Below, one piece after another: positions 10,066-21,634 of a stretch of DNA of 64,000 nt. The translations under genes and the position numbers were made by a program. Numbering within the stretch: the stretch's first letter is position 1; each line of letters opens with the position of its first letter. This DNA is from an uncultured delta proteobacterium (lineage in GTDB: Bacteria > Desulfobacterota > Desulfobacteria > Desulfobacterales > SG8-13), in the NCBI GenBank assembly GCA_963848135.1, contig CAWKCK010000005.1, forward strand, positions 124,001-188,000. Reading direction: 5' to 3'. The notes below the pieces were generated by a model. It did no database searches and was not told where the DNA came from. It saw only the letters and a list, made by a program, of their open reading frames with translations.

Positions 10066-11478
10066 ATGGCAACGATTAAACGAAACATTCTCATAAAATC
10101 GATCCCCATTGCTTGGGCTCTGTGGATGCTCGTCGGCGCCGGAATGTCCTCCGCTGGCACGCACACCGTTCCACTCGAAGCCAAGCGGGTCGAAATCTTT
10201 TCAGGCAAGTCGATTATCCTTCAAAGCGACCTGCCGATTAAAAGAATATCGATTGCGAATCCGGAAATTGCCGACTTTCTACTGTTGTCTTCCAAGCAGG
10301 TCTACCTTACGGGGAAGACCGCCGGCGCTACCAATCTGACCCTTTGGCAGAACGATTCCATTTTGGCCATTTATGACCTCGAGGTGGTTTACGACATCAC
10401 CGGATTAAAGCAACGAATGAATCAGGTTCTGCCGGAAGAAAAAGAGCTTCAGGTTCTGGCGACAAACGATTCAGTCACCCTCGCCGGTAAAGTCACCAGC
10501 TCTGCCAGCCTCTCCCAGGCGGTCAACCTCGCCGAGGCATACGCGCCGGAGGGCAAAGTTCAGAATCTTGTCGAGGTCGGTGGAGTGCACCAGGTCATGC
10601 TCGAAGTCAGGGTCTCCGAAATCTCGCGCAGCTTGACCCGGCGGCTCGGCATCAACCTTTTCTACAATCGGGGCGGTGAATTCGGTGTGAGCACCCTGGG
10701 AGGGCTCGCCGATTTAGTGGTGCCAAGAAAGGCCGAACTGCTTACCGGTCCTCTTGGGTGGCAGGTCTCGCAGGCCGTCAACGCCTTCTTCCGCTTCAAC
10801 AGTGGGTCTTCCACTTGGACCGGTCTTATCGATGCCTTGCGAGAAGATGGCCTGGTTAAGGTCCTGGCCGAACCCACACTGATTACGTTGAGTGGTAAAC
10901 AGGCCACTTTCCTCGCCGGCGGTGAATTTCCAATTCCTGTTCCCCAGGGACTCGGTACTGTCGCCATCGATTATAAGGAGTTTGGCGTTGGGTTGGTCTT
11001 TACGCCCACAGTACTCAGTAAAGACAAAATCAGCATCGATGTCAGCCCCGAGGTATCGGAACTCGATTTCACGACGGCAGTTTTGCTCGAAGGGTTTGTC
11101 GTACCCGGACTTCGCACGCGGCGAACATCCACCACGATCGAGTTGGCAGATGGGCAGAGTTTTGCTATTGCTGGCCTTCTCAGAGACAGCGTCAGATCCG
11201 TGGTTCAGAAATACCCTCTTCTCGGTGAAATTCCGATTCTCGGAGCGCTTTTTCAGAGCAAACAATTCCAAAAAGAAGAGTCTGAACTGGTCATCATCGT
11301 GACACCCCACCTGGTGAAACCACTCGATGTGGCCAAACAATCGCTGCCCACGGATTCGTACACCGATCCCAACGATGCGGAATTTTACTTTGGCGGCATG
11401 CTCGAGGGCAAAAACAACAATGCGGCCCAGGAGACCGGATCGCTTGATGGAGAATTCGGACATGAACTTCCTGAATAA
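10066..11478 (+). CDS. cpaC: Secretin RcpA/CpaC
   Basis: QVMLEVRVSE, LAEPTL, FLAGGEFP, LGEIPILGALF; ATG 10066 after GGAGG. Confidence 0.92.
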   Translation: MATIKRNILIKSIPIAWALWMLVGAGMSSAGTHTVPLEAKRVEIFSGKSIILQSDLPIKRISIANPEIADFLLLSSKQVYLTGKTAGATNLTLWQNDSILAIYDLEVVYDITGLKQRMNQVLPEEKELQVLATNDSVTLAGKVTSSASLSQAVNLAEAYAPEGKVQNLVEVGGVHQVMLEVRVSEISRSLTRRLGINLFYNRGGEFGVSTLGGLADLVVPRKAELLTGPLGWQVSQAVNAFFRFNSGSSTWTGLIDALREDGLVKVLAEPTLITLSGKQATFLAGGEFPIPVPQGLGTVAIDYKEFGVGLVFTPTVLSKDKISIDVSPEVSELDFTTAVLLEGFVVPGLRTRRTSTTIELADGQSFAIAGLLRDSVRSVVQKYPLLGEIPILGALFQSKQFQKEESELVIIVTPHLVKPLDVAKQSLPTDSYTDPNDAEFYFGGMLEGKNNNAAQETGSLDGEFGHELPE

Positions 11479-11536
11479 AATGAAGAATAACAAAACAATA
11501 CAATCGACTCACAAACGGCAAAAACAGGAGAGAACA

Positions 11537-11805
11537 ATGTCTGGAAAATCATACCTCATAATGGTTGCACTGGTGGCCCTGCTTGTCTTCCGGCTGCACG
11601 CGTCAACTCTATCACGATGGCGGTTCACCGTCTGGACAAAAACTGGGGCCGTCCCTATGAAGAGCAGAAATACAGCCAGATTATCGACCACGAGGCCGGA
11701 AAGAATCTTGATCCTGTGATTGGCATGGACGGTAAAGCGGCGGTCAACACGGTTGAACGCTACCAGAAATCGTTCAAAGAAACACAGAAGAACGAAGGTC
11801 ATTAA
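11537..11805 (+). CDS. Small Tad-associated lipoprotein, frameshifted near lipobox
   Basis: RBS plus MSGKSYLIMVALVALLVF; continues as LDKNWG...GMDGKAA in ORF 11617-11805. Confidence 0.55.
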
Positions 11806-11846
11806 ATTGGAAACTTCAATACCATTATCAATACAGGAGGGCAGCC

Positions 11847-12275
11847 GTGAAAAGGCTGGTTGAAAATGTAAAAAATCAAAATGGTGCTGCGCTGGTCGAG
11901 TTTGCCATCGTCTTGCCGCTGCTGCTGGTGCTTGTGTTCGGCATGATCGAGTTCAGCGTCATGTTTTATGACAAAGCGGTGATTACCAATGCCAGTCGTG
12001 AAGGCGCACGGGCCGGCATTGTCTATGATTTCCCCAATCGAATCTCGGCGGGTGAAATCACCAGCACGGTGAGCACCTATTGCAGCGGACGGCTGATTAC
12101 TTTCGGCAGTACGAGCCAGGAAACGACAGCTGTTAGTGGTACGTGCGTCAATGCCGGTGATACCATAACTGTAACCGTGACCTACCCGTATGACTATCTT
12201 GTGCTGCCAAATCTCATCCAAACGCTAACCGGTCCCGTAAATTTATCGGCAGCGACTGTCATGCGTTGCGAATAA
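11847..12275 (+). CDS. tadE: TadE-like pseudopilin
   Basis: G|AALVEFAIVLP...ASREGARAG. Confidence 0.9.
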   Translation: MKRLVENVKNQNGAALVEFAIVLPLLLVLVFGMIEFSVMFYDKAVITNASREGARAGIVYDFPNRISAGEITSTVSTYCSGRLITFGSTSQETTAVSGTCVNAGDTITVTVTYPYDYLVLPNLIQTLTGPVNLSAATVMRCE

Positions 12276-12287
12276 ATAATAATATAA

Positions 12288-13613
12288 GTGAATACCATGA
12301 ATAGATTATTTACCAGACAGTTTCTAAAAAACCAAAGTGGTGCCACCATGGTATTCGTGGCCATCTGTATTTTTATGTTGGTCGCTTTCACAGCGTTGGC
12401 TGTCGACCTTGGGCACCTTTTCGTTGCTCACAATGAGCTTCAAAACGCTGCAGACGCTGGAGCTCTTTCAGGTGCCCGATTTCTTTACATCAATAGCGGG
12501 CAAACAATAAATGTCAATGCCAATCAGGAAGCCTATGATGCCGCAGTCGCTAACATGAGTGAGAGTGTACCAGCGGAGGTAATAGACCCTCTCACCAATC
12601 AAAATGACGTTCAACGCGGACATTGGAGTTTTGGGATTGGAAACCTTGCGCGCGGGTTCTATCAGAGTGACAACACCACCCCGGTAAATCTATATAATGT
12701 ATCGACCGAACAACTCGATGAAGATCCAGACCATATCAATGCCGTCAAAGTTATCGCAAGAAGGGAGCAAAGCGAAATTGCCTCATATTTTGCCCAAGAT
12801 ATTTCGGATACCAGGGATTTAAACAAAGCGCCGAAGCCGTCGCTTATATCGGCTTTGCCGGTACGCTGATGCCGACCGAGGCGGATCAGCCGATCGCTAT
12901 ATGCAAGCAATCAATTACAGATGCAAATGGTGTTTACAGCGGCTGCAATATCGGGCGGATGCTCAACAGTGGGTCAAATGACGCAACCCACAACACCGCA
13001 GGGTGGACCAATTTTTCTCAACCCTGTGACACGGCCAATGCCTCCGAGATGCGAGGGCTCATTTGTGCCGGTGGTAATCCTTCACCGGTTACGTATGGTG
13101 AAGGTATCGGGTGCCACCGGGGGCGTACAGGATAATGTTTTTCGGAGCCTGCGAGACTGTTGGATAGCAAGCGCCCCAAGCCACAATGCCGTTGATGGTT
13201 TGCCCAATCAACCCTGGCCACTCACTTTACCCGTCGTCGACTGTCCCGGAAATAATGTGTCGAATTGCGCCACACTCCTTGGGGCTGTGACGGTGCAGGT
13301 GGTTTTTATGTCACCGGAGGGAGGAACCCCTGATTGGGATGACGCCCCCAGAGAAATGACCAACGTCTCGGGTAAAGTCAATTGGCCAACCGCGGCACAA
13401 CTCGCCGCAATACCGGATTTTGCTACCAATGGGCAGGCACGCTGGACAAGCTTCGTCAACCACTTTGAATTGAAGAACGTGGACGATCTCTATGCTGATT
13501 ATGCGAAGAAATCTATGTACTTTTTACCCACTTGTGAACCTCAGGAACCTGCTGGGCTTAGCGGTGGAGAGAATTTCGGCATTCTGGCCAAAATTCCGGT
13601 ACTCGTGGATTAA
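12288..13613 (+). CDS. tadG: TadG-like pilus tip protein, split by two frameshifts
   Basis: AVDLG...ELQNAADAGALSGA N-terminus; ORFs 12288-12869, 12869-13135 and 12921-13613 form one Cys-rich protein. Confidence 0.75.
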
Positions 13614-13643
13614 CCACTAATGCGATTTTAATAAGGTATAATC

Positions 13644-14801
13644 ATGTCATCAGAAACACGCTGCCTGATAAAATTGAGTTCAAAAAATGTGGGCATGGCA
13701 AAGAAATTGGCCGAAATCATTCTATCGGTTGGGGGGTTCGAAATTCAAAAGGCTGCAGACTCACGCAGGCCTGAACTGCTCATCCACGACCTCAACGGGC
13801 AACCTGGTGAAGAGTTGGACACGATTCAAATGCTGCTCGAGACACAACGGGTGGACCACGTCTTCTTGACCGGCGAATCCCCTGATGCGGATGTTCTCAT
13901 GAAATCCATGCGGATCGGGGTCAAAGAATTCTTTTCCCAGCCGATCAATGAGCTCGAAGTCAAAAACGCCCTCCAGCGCTTTCGGGAAACTCACCGGGAA
14001 AATGACAAGTCCAAAACGAATAAAAAAGGGCAGGTCATTGGCGTATTCGGCTGTAAAGGCGGTGTCGGTACAACCACGGTGGCCGTGAATCTGGCAACAT
14101 CGTTCACCCGTAACGATACTGAAGTTACGTCAGCACTTCTCGACATGAACATGGTTTTTGGTGAAATTCCGCTGTTCCTCGAAATGTCTCCAAAATTTCA
14201 CTGGGGAGAGATTACAAAAAATACCGGCCGACTGGATGACATTTTTCTATCGAACATTCTCGAAAAACACCCGAGCGGTGTCAGTGTGCTCTCCTCACCC
14301 GCACATTTGAATGGTCACATCGAACCTAACCCGGCTGTAATGACAAAGCTTCTTGGCCTGATGCGGCAGATGTTCGATCACATCATCATCGACGTGGGCC
14401 AATCCACCAATGATACAGCTCTGAAAGTTTTTGAAGCGGCGGACGCCATTCTCCTGGTGACAACACCCAGCCTGCCCTGCCTGACGAATACGAGTAAGCT
14501 GATAACATCTCTAAAAAGTATGGGATATTTCCATGAGCAACGGTTAAAGGTCGTCCTGAACCGATACATAAAAAAAGGCGACATTTCGCTCAAGGATGCG
14601 GAGACCGGCATTGGGCGGGAAGTGTTCTGGACGATACCCAATGATTTTCGGACAACCATGGCGGCCATTAACAATGGTAAACCCTTGTCCGGCATCGCCC
14701 CTAAAGCAGCGATCACCAAAAACTTTCTTGAACTGGCTGAGGCATTCACCAAGTCAAGCGAGGAGAAACCGCATAAAAAATGGCGTCTGTTTGGGCGCTG
14801 A
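13644..14801 (+). CDS. cpaE: CpaE/TadZ (degenerate REC plus MinD-like ATPase)
   Basis: KGGVGTTTVAVNLA; REC-like N-terminus. Confidence 0.88.
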   Translation: MSSETRCLIKLSSKNVGMAKKLAEIILSVGGFEIQKAADSRRPELLIHDLNGQPGEELDTIQMLLETQRVDHVFLTGESPDADVLMKSMRIGVKEFFSQPINELEVKNALQRFRETHRENDKSKTNKKGQVIGVFGCKGGVGTTTVAVNLATSFTRNDTEVTSALLDMNMVFGEIPLFLEMSPKFHWGEITKNTGRLDDIFLSNILEKHPSGVSVLSSPAHLNGHIEPNPAVMTKLLGLMRQMFDHIIIDVGQSTNDTALKVFEAADAILLVTTPSLPCLTNTSKLITSLKSMGYFHEQRLKVVLNRYIKKGDISLKDAETGIGREVFWTIPNDFRTTMAAINNGKPLSGIAPKAAITKNFLELAEAFTKSSEEKPHKKWRLFGR

Positions 14802-14898
14802 ACGAGCCTCGATCCGGAGGATGGCTTTAGACAATAACAACCGGGACCGAGGAAAAGAATGGACTAATCAAAACATTTAAACAGAGAGGAGAGCCGCT

Positions 14899-16243
14899 TT
14901 GTTGAACGATAATTTACTCACAAACACCGATCCCCAAGCGCCACCCGTCAACACTATGCCTGACGAATATTTTAATTTAAAGGCCCGCATTCACGACCGC
15001 CTGCTGGACATCATCGATCTTTCGGTCATAGACAAGCTCGATCCGGAGGACCTGGGCTTTCAGATTCGTAAGGTGGTGGAACGGATTCTCAAGGAAGAAT
15101 CCTTCTCCTTGCCGCTCAATCTAAACGAGAGGGAGAAGATATTTACCGAAATCCTTGACGAGGTCTTAGGCTACGGACCGCTCGAACCCCTTTTACATGA
15201 CCACGCTGTATCGGATATCCTGGTCAATACCTACAAGGATATCTATGTCGAAAGGGCCGGAAAGATCGAAGCGACCGATGCTCGCTTCAAGGATGACGAA
15301 CACCTCATGCGAATCATCGACAAGATTGTCTCTTCGGTGGGGCGGCGGATCGATGAATCCTCCCCCATGGTGGATGCCAGGCTGCCGGACGGATCCCGTG
15401 TGAATGCCATCATCCCTCCGCTGGCTTTGGACGGGCCGATTCTCTCCATCCGGCGGTTTGCGGTCAACCCCTTGGAGCTTGACGATCTGATCGGCTTCCA
15501 AACCCTGACACCCGAAATCGCCGGCCTTCTCAAGGGAATTGTCAAGTCCCGCTTGAATGTGGTCATTTCCGGTGGGACCGGCAGCGGTAAAACCACCCTC
15601 TTGAATGTGTTGTCGCGGTTTATACCGGGCGACGAGCGCATCATTACCATTGAAGATGCCGCCGAACTGCAGATGAAGCAGGACCACGTTGTCCGGCTCG
15701 AAACCCGTCCACCTAATATTGAAGGCAAGGGAGAAGTCGTGCAACGCGACCTTGTGAGAAACAGCCTTCGGATGCGGCCCGATCGCATCATCGTCGGGTG
15801 AAGTTCGCGGCAAGGAAGCTTTCGACATGCTCCAGGCGATGAACACCGGTCACGATGGGTCATTGACAACCATCCACGCCAACTCTGCCCGCGATGCGCT
15901 GATGCGGCTTGAAACCATGGTGGCCATGGCCAGCATGGACATCCCCAGTGAATTTTTGCGAAAGTTCATTGCTTCGGCCATAAATGTCATCATTCAGGTA
16001 TCGCGCATGGTCGACGGCAGGAGGAAGCTCATCAGCCTGCAAGAAATTACCGGGATGGAAGGCAACGTCATCACCATGCAGGAAATATTTTCATTCCAGC
16101 AAACGCGCCTCGATTCTAACCGTCAGGTCAAAGGCATTTTTAAATTTCAAGGGGTCCGGCCGAAATTTATCGAGAAGTTCAAAGTCTCCGGTATCGATGT
16201 CCCGCCGGACCTGTTCGACCCCAACCGAACTGTCGAAATATAG
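14899..16243 (+). CDS. tadA: TadA/CpaF assembly ATPase, +1 frameshift at ~15797
   Basis: [45 protein letters not shown]. Confidence 0.92.
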
Positions 16244-16259
16244 AACAAGGGGAAACATC

Positions 16260-17228
16260 ATGGAATACATACTCGCCGGAATAACCATTTTTATCATAAC
16301 GATCAGCATTGTTGAGCTTTTGTTATATGCCTACCAAAACTCCCAGGCAGCCAAACGCACCCGCATAAGGAAACGGTTTGGAAAATATGTTTTTATCGAA
16401 AGCGAGGGCCCAGAGACGGATATTGTCAAGAAAAGAGTCCTCAGCGATGTGCCGTTCTTCAATTCGTTATTGAATCACATGCCGTTTTTCCTCCGAATGG
16501 ACCAACTGATCGCACAGGCAAATGCCAAATCCAGAGCTGGATTTTACATCCTGCTGATGCTGGTTCTCTGGGCTGCTGGATTCGCAACCGTGCATGCTTT
16601 CACCAGAAATGTAATGATTTCAATGGTGGTTGGATTCCTACTGGCCCCCATCCCGATACTGTTTCTTCTTAAAATGAAGAAAAAACGTATCGAACGGTTC
16701 AAAAAACAGCTCCCCGATGGGCTGGACTTGATCGCCCGGGCCCTGCGAGCCGGCCACTCCTTTACTGGTGCTATGAAACTTGCCGTTGAGGAATTTGACG
16801 ATCCGCTGGGTCCCGAATTCGAGGAGACGCTCAATGAGATCAATTTCGGTGTCAGCGTACCGATCGCTCTCAAGAATCTCGCGGACAGATTCGACTTCGA
16901 AGAAATCCAATATTTTGTAACCGGAGTGACGTTACAGCGTGAAACCGGCGGTAACCTGGCAGAACTCGTTGAAGCACTTGCCAAACTTATCCGGGAACGC
17001 TTTGTTTTCGAAGGCAAGGTTCGAGTACTCACAGCCGAGAGCCGCATTTCGGCAGTAGTCTTGGTGGTCCTGCCATTTCTAATTGCCGGTTTTATCTGGT
17101 TAAATAGCCCAAATTTTTTAAAACCCCTTCTCACTGAATCCGTGGGTCACCTGATGATTGTACTGGCCATCGTCATGATGACCGCCGGTATCATCGTCAT
17201 GAAACGCATGGTCAATGTGAAGGTCTGA
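16260..17228 (+). CDS. tadB: TadB (T2SS F-family platform protein)
   Basis: QLPDGLDLIARALRAGHS, ETGGNLAE. Confidence 0.92.
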   Translation: MEYILAGITIFIITISIVELLLYAYQNSQAAKRTRIRKRFGKYVFIESEGPETDIVKKRVLSDVPFFNSLLNHMPFFLRMDQLIAQANAKSRAGFYILLMLVLWAAGFATVHAFTRNVMISMVVGFLLAPIPILFLLKMKKKRIERFKKQLPDGLDLIARALRAGHSFTGAMKLAVEEFDDPLGPEFEETLNEINFGVSVPIALKNLADRFDFEEIQYFVTGVTLQRETGGNLAELVEALAKLIRERFVFEGKVRVLTAESRISAVVLVVLPFLIAGFIWLNSPNFLKPLLTESVGHLMIVLAIVMMTAGIIVMKRMVNVKV

Positions 17229-17246
17229 TAATTCAGGAGATAACAG

Positions 17247-18209
17247 ATGATTACAGCAAACATGCCCTGGTTGATCATTTCGGCTCTTTTTCTTTCCCTG
17301 GCCCTCTTCTGTATCGGTGTCTCCCAATATATCATCGGCCGCATGAAACGTAACACCATGGTCGAAAAGATCCGCAGCGGGGCCAGCACCGGAGAGCTTT
17401 CATGGGGACGCCCACAGTTGTCGGTCTTAAAATCCAGGAAGAACGGATTTTTCCTGAACCTGTTCCGGAGGTTGGGAAAATCTGCAGAGTCAAGAGACAA
17501 GCACGATACAACCAACTCACGCCTCCGCTTTTTGCGTGCAGGTATTCGTCATGAATCTGCTCTCTCAATTTTTTGGGGTTCGAAAATTTTCCTTTTACTG
17601 TTCACGACGGCCACATTCATCGTGTTGAGGCTTCTGGTCTTCAAACTGACCAGCTACCCGATGACCGTGATGATCGCTGTGTTTGCCGCCCTTCTGGGTT
17701 TTTATCTGCCCAACATATGGTTGCGGCAAAAGACTGACAAACGTAGGGAGAATATCCTGAATGCTCTGCCGGACGCCCTGGACCTTCTGGTCATTTGTGT
17801 CGAAGCCGGTATGGGTCTCGACAGCGCCATCAACCGCGTGGCGAAAGACTCCCAAGACGGCAGCCCGGAACTGAGTGACGAGTTGCACTTCATGACTTTA
17901 GAACTCAGAGCAGGAAAGTCTCGGCGGGATGCCCTCAGAAATCTCGCATTGCGGATCAATCTGGATGAGGTCAAGAGTCTGGTCACCCTGCTGATCGAAA
18001 CCGAAAAATTCGGCACCAGTATGGCCGAAGCCTTACGAGTCTATTCGGATTCGTACCGAACCCAACGCCAACAGAGGGCCGAGGAAGTGGCGGCGAAATT
18101 GCCGGTTAAACTACTAATCCCTCTGGGATTGTTTATATTCCCAGCGCTTTTCGTTGTCATATTGGGACCGGCATTCATCAGTATCTACAGGGCCTTGGGG
18201 ATAAATTAG
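17247..18209 (+). CDS. tadC: TadC (T2SS F-family platform protein)
   Basis: LPDALDLLVICVEAGMGLD, AAKLPVKL..PL..FIFP. Confidence 0.92.
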   Translation: MITANMPWLIISALFLSLALFCIGVSQYIIGRMKRNTMVEKIRSGASTGELSWGRPQLSVLKSRKNGFFLNLFRRLGKSAESRDKHDTTNSRLRFLRAGIRHESALSIFWGSKIFLLLFTTATFIVLRLLVFKLTSYPMTVMIAVFAALLGFYLPNIWLRQKTDKRRENILNALPDALDLLVICVEAGMGLDSAINRVAKDSQDGSPELSDELHFMTLELRAGKSRRDALRNLALRINLDEVKSLVTLLIETEKFGTSMAEALRVYSDSYRTQRQQRAEEVAAKLPVKLLIPLGLFIFPALFVVILGPAFISIYRALGIN

Positions 18210-18234
18210 AGCTACCAAGACAGGCGACGGAGAT

Positions 18235-19221
18235 ATGCAAATGGTAAACAATAACATCGTAACTATAAAAGGACGAACAACCCATGCGCTTATCATTTTA
18301 ATGATATTGGTGCTGCTGACAGGCTGCGCCGGGCCAAAGGGTTTCCGCATGGAATTTGAGAGCGGGAAGAGCAACGACCTTCAAAAAATGAGAGAACTGG
18401 GTGCGGCTCAAGCCAGCACGCCGCTCCCCGGCGAGGACCTGCCTGAAATTACAGGCAATGAGTACGAGCAGCTCGGCGATGCCTTGCTGAGCAAGAGAAA
18501 CTATTACCTTGCCTACGTTCACTACGAGAAAGCGTTGAAACTCGAACCGGGGAACAACCGAATCGAGTACAAAAAGGGGCTTGCGCTTCTGCTCGGAGAC
18601 AAACACGACGACTCTATCGAGCAGTTCCAAACAGTGATTAAGAAAGACCCCAATTTCGCAAAAGCCTACGAAGGTATCGGAAAAGCCTATTTCGCAAAAA
18701 GAGAGTATCCGAAAGCTGAAAGATACCTACACCACGCCGTTAAACTGGACCCCACGCTGTGGAAATCTCACACTTACATCGCCTCCATTCACGAGCAACG
18801 CAAGGACTACAAATCTGCCATTGCCGCTTATCAGCTTGCCCTCGATTCTTCGCCGAATAAAGGCATGATCTATAACAACATCGGCTATGCCTATTTACTA
18901 AAGGGCGATTACCACCGTGCCGTATTTGGATTTAAAAAGGCACTTGCTCACAGATACACAAATGAAAAAGTATACAACAATCTCGGGATGGCATTGGCGA
19001 ACCTCGAAAAATATGATGAGGCTTTGCAAGCATTCATAAAAAGCGGTAGCGAAGCCCAGGCATTCAACAACCTCGGTTGTATTCTCTTGAGTAAAGGCAA
19101 GCTCGACAAGGCCATTATTTGTTTTGAAAAAGCGATTGAGCTCGATCCAAAATTCTATGCAGTAGCGGGTGAGAATTTAACCAAGGCCAGAACGCTGAGC
19201 CACGGATCGGTTTTAAAGTAG
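18235..19221 (+). CDS. TPR lipoprotein (TadD-like pilotin)
   Basis: Lipobox LTGC, multiple TPRs (YNNLG). Confidence 0.8.
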   Translation: MQMVNNNIVTIKGRTTHALIILMILVLLTGCAGPKGFRMEFESGKSNDLQKMRELGAAQASTPLPGEDLPEITGNEYEQLGDALLSKRNYYLAYVHYEKALKLEPGNNRIEYKKGLALLLGDKHDDSIEQFQTVIKKDPNFAKAYEGIGKAYFAKREYPKAERYLHHAVKLDPTLWKSHTYIASIHEQRKDYKSAIAAYQLALDSSPNKGMIYNNIGYAYLLKGDYHRAVFGFKKALAHRYTNEKVYNNLGMALANLEKYDEALQAFIKSGSEAQAFNNLGCILLSKGKLDKAIICFEKAIELDPKFYAVAGENLTKARTLSHGSVLK

Positions 19222-19230
19222 AGGTCAGTT

Positions 19231-20895
19231 ATGAGAAGAAAACAGGAAAAATCCATACCCACAGTATTTATCTGTTCAATCATCGCTGGAGTTGTTCTTT
19301 TGACAGGCTGCTACTTAAAACAAAAACCGCCCGGATCCTTAACGGCAAATCAGAATGTCAATGGACCACAGAAAGTTCTGAGAAACCACTGGGACCAGTT
19401 TTTTTCAGAGGTAAAAAAAGTCGATAGCCGAGCGAAAGCACACTACGATATGGGGGTGTATTTCCAGAAGAAGAAGAAACAACATTTTGCATTACAAGAA
19501 TTTCAAAAGGCCATTCAGTTTAACCCGACCGATGCAAAAACATACAATGCGATGGGTATTTCGTACGACAAATCGGGTGACTACGAACAGGCCATCCAAT
19601 GTTACGAAATGGCCATAAAACTAAATCCGGAAATGGCATCTGCCTACAATAATTTGGGATACTCAAAAATGCTTAAGGGTGATCCGGAAGGCGCGATCGT
19701 TGCGTATCAGAAAGCAATTGAATTAGACGACACGAATCCAAGATATCGCAACAATCTCGGGTCACTGTATGCGAAAAGCGGTAGAGTCGAGCAAGCCAGG
19801 GAGCAGTTTGAAGTTAAGGATGACCCGTCGGCAGCGGATCGAAAACTGGACCGGCTTCTCGGGAAATCGGCTGATAATGAGACACCGCAGAAACGTACAG
19901 TACTTTCAGATATATTTGAGACAAAACCCGAAAATGTTACAAATATCGAACCTCAGAACGACAACACACGGCATGTCGGACAATTGAAAACTCTTGAGGT
20001 CAACGCCGATGCCAACAGTAACATTGAAGCTGATGACCCCGATCGCCGGGATATTAGCGAGCCTGATGATAGTGTTGTTGTTATCGTTTACGACAACGAA
20101 CTAGTTCAACCTGAGGTCAGCGACAGTGACAGGAATCCCTCTGTTGTTGCTGAAATTCATGAAGAAAGAGGTACTTTCGAAAATGACATTGAAAGCAAGT
20201 ACCCAGAGCCGATACCTGAAAGGCAGGACACAGATGATAGTGCCGAGGTCGCGTTGTATGCGGTGAATATTACCACTAAGACTCAGATTCTTCCCCTCTA
20301 CGAATATGAACAAAATAAAAAAATAGAAGAAAATGAAGTCTTAGAGGAATTACCGAGAGAAACAGCGACTCAGCCGGATGTTGTTGAAGTGGTTTTTCGC
20401 AATGAACAAAAACCCACTGCTGATATCGAAAAAAAGACGACTACAAAAAGAACCGCTCAAACCACAAAAGGAAACAAGGCCCATAGGCCCCGGGAGAACC
20501 AACTTTCTTATGAGAGCATAAGAATAATTGAAGTTGAATCACCCAGAGAATCGAACAGCCAATTATTGTTGGCTGGCCTAAAACTTGTGGACAAGTCGGA
20601 ACAGAACGCGAAAGCCGATATCGAAGTTTCCAACGGAAATGGAACTCGAGGGGCTGCACGCCGCCTGGCGACCGATTTAAACGCTAAGGGATTTAAGGTA
20701 TCTAAAGTTTCTAACGCCAGGTCCTTTGACCATCTGTCAACAAAGGTGCTCTATCGAACTGAAAATATGGACTTTGTATTTCCCTTGTTGAACGAGTTGC
20801 CGCTGTTGGTAGAAGATTCTGACCTCATCGAAAATGGAAATATGAAAACGAGCATCCGCATAATTATCGGTAAAGACTTTGCCGGTATTCGCTAA
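19231..20895 (+). CDS. TPR lipoprotein with acidic linker and C-terminal LytR_C domain
   Basis: LTGC lipobox, TPRs, IEVSNGNGTRGAA...IRIIIGKD. Confidence 0.8.
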   Translation: MRRKQEKSIPTVFICSIIAGVVLLTGCYLKQKPPGSLTANQNVNGPQKVLRNHWDQFFSEVKKVDSRAKAHYDMGVYFQKKKKQHFALQEFQKAIQFNPTDAKTYNAMGISYDKSGDYEQAIQCYEMAIKLNPEMASAYNNLGYSKMLKGDPEGAIVAYQKAIELDDTNPRYRNNLGSLYAKSGRVEQAREQFEVKDDPSAADRKLDRLLGKSADNETPQKRTVLSDIFETKPENVTNIEPQNDNTRHVGQLKTLEVNADANSNIEADDPDRRDISEPDDSVVVIVYDNELVQPEVSDSDRNPSVVAEIHEERGTFENDIESKYPEPIPERQDTDDSAEVALYAVNITTKTQILPLYEYEQNKKIEENEVLEELPRETATQPDVVEVVFRNEQKPTADIEKKTTTKRTAQTTKGNKAHRPRENQLSYESIRIIEVESPRESNSQLLLAGLKLVDKSEQNAKADIEVSNGNGTRGAARRLATDLNAKGFKVSKVSNARSFDHLSTKVLYRTENMDFVFPLLNELPLLVEDSDLIENGNMKTSIRIIIGKDFAGIR

Positions 20896-20959
20896 GCGCA
20901 CACCATAATCTTATTTCAAACTGTGGATATCATTTATTTTACTTTGAAGGTGGTGAATA

Positions 20960-21568
20960 GTGAAAGACCGTATGCAACCAGGTTTGTTTGTCGATTATTA
21001 TGAAGATCTTCAAATAAGCCCAAATGCCGACCAGGAAACCATCGAACGCATTTATCGACTTCTGGCCAAACGATACCATCCGGACAACCATCTCACCGGA
21101 AATCTTGACAAGTTTGATATTATTACAAAGGCATTCAAAGTTTTGTCCGATCCGGAAAAACGCGCTGCCTACGACACCGGCTACGGCGACAATAAAAATG
21201 AACTCTGGAAGAAGTTGGCCGGGAAACCGCCAACAGACGAATATGAAAATGACAAACACATCCGAAAATCCGTCCTTTCAATACTGTACGTTGAACGACG
21301 CAAAAACGTATTTAACTCCGGCATCGGCCTGTGGCACCTCGAGAAACTGCTGGAGTGGCCCGAAAAAGTCCTTGAATTTCACATCTGGTATTTGAAAGAG
21401 AAAGGCTGGCTCGAAAGGACAGACACCGGCGGATTTGCCATAACAGCAAATGGCGTGGATGAAATAGAGAATGACGGCCTCATAATAAGAAAAGACCGTT
21501 TGCTATCCCAATCGACTGAAACGTCGGAAAAAATCGAATCTCTCACCCTTATAGAAAAATCTGCATGA
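20960..21568 (+). CDS. J-domain (DnaJ-like) protein with C-terminal winged-helix-like region
   Basis: DYYEDLQI...YHPD...LSDPEKRAAYD. Confidence 0.85.
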   Translation: MKDRMQPGLFVDYYEDLQISPNADQETIERIYRLLAKRYHPDNHLTGNLDKFDIITKAFKVLSDPEKRAAYDTGYGDNKNELWKKLAGKPPTDEYENDKHIRKSVLSILYVERRKNVFNSGIGLWHLEKLLEWPEKVLEFHIWYLKEKGWLERTDTGGFAITANGVDEIENDGLIIRKDRLLSQSTETSEKIESLTLIEKSA

Positions 21569-21634
21569 CAACGAATTCATAAAAATTTAGATCAGTATCA
21601 GAGACTTCACGTTCTGAAGCATTGAGGAGGTGAT

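Noticed and set aside
15799..15801. TGA in tadA as selenocysteine or readthrough
   Set aside because: The protein continues in another frame (VGEVR), so this is a one-base insertion.
15984..16259. N-terminal extension of tadB
   Set aside because: Overlaps tadA; ATG 16260 directly precedes the TM segment.
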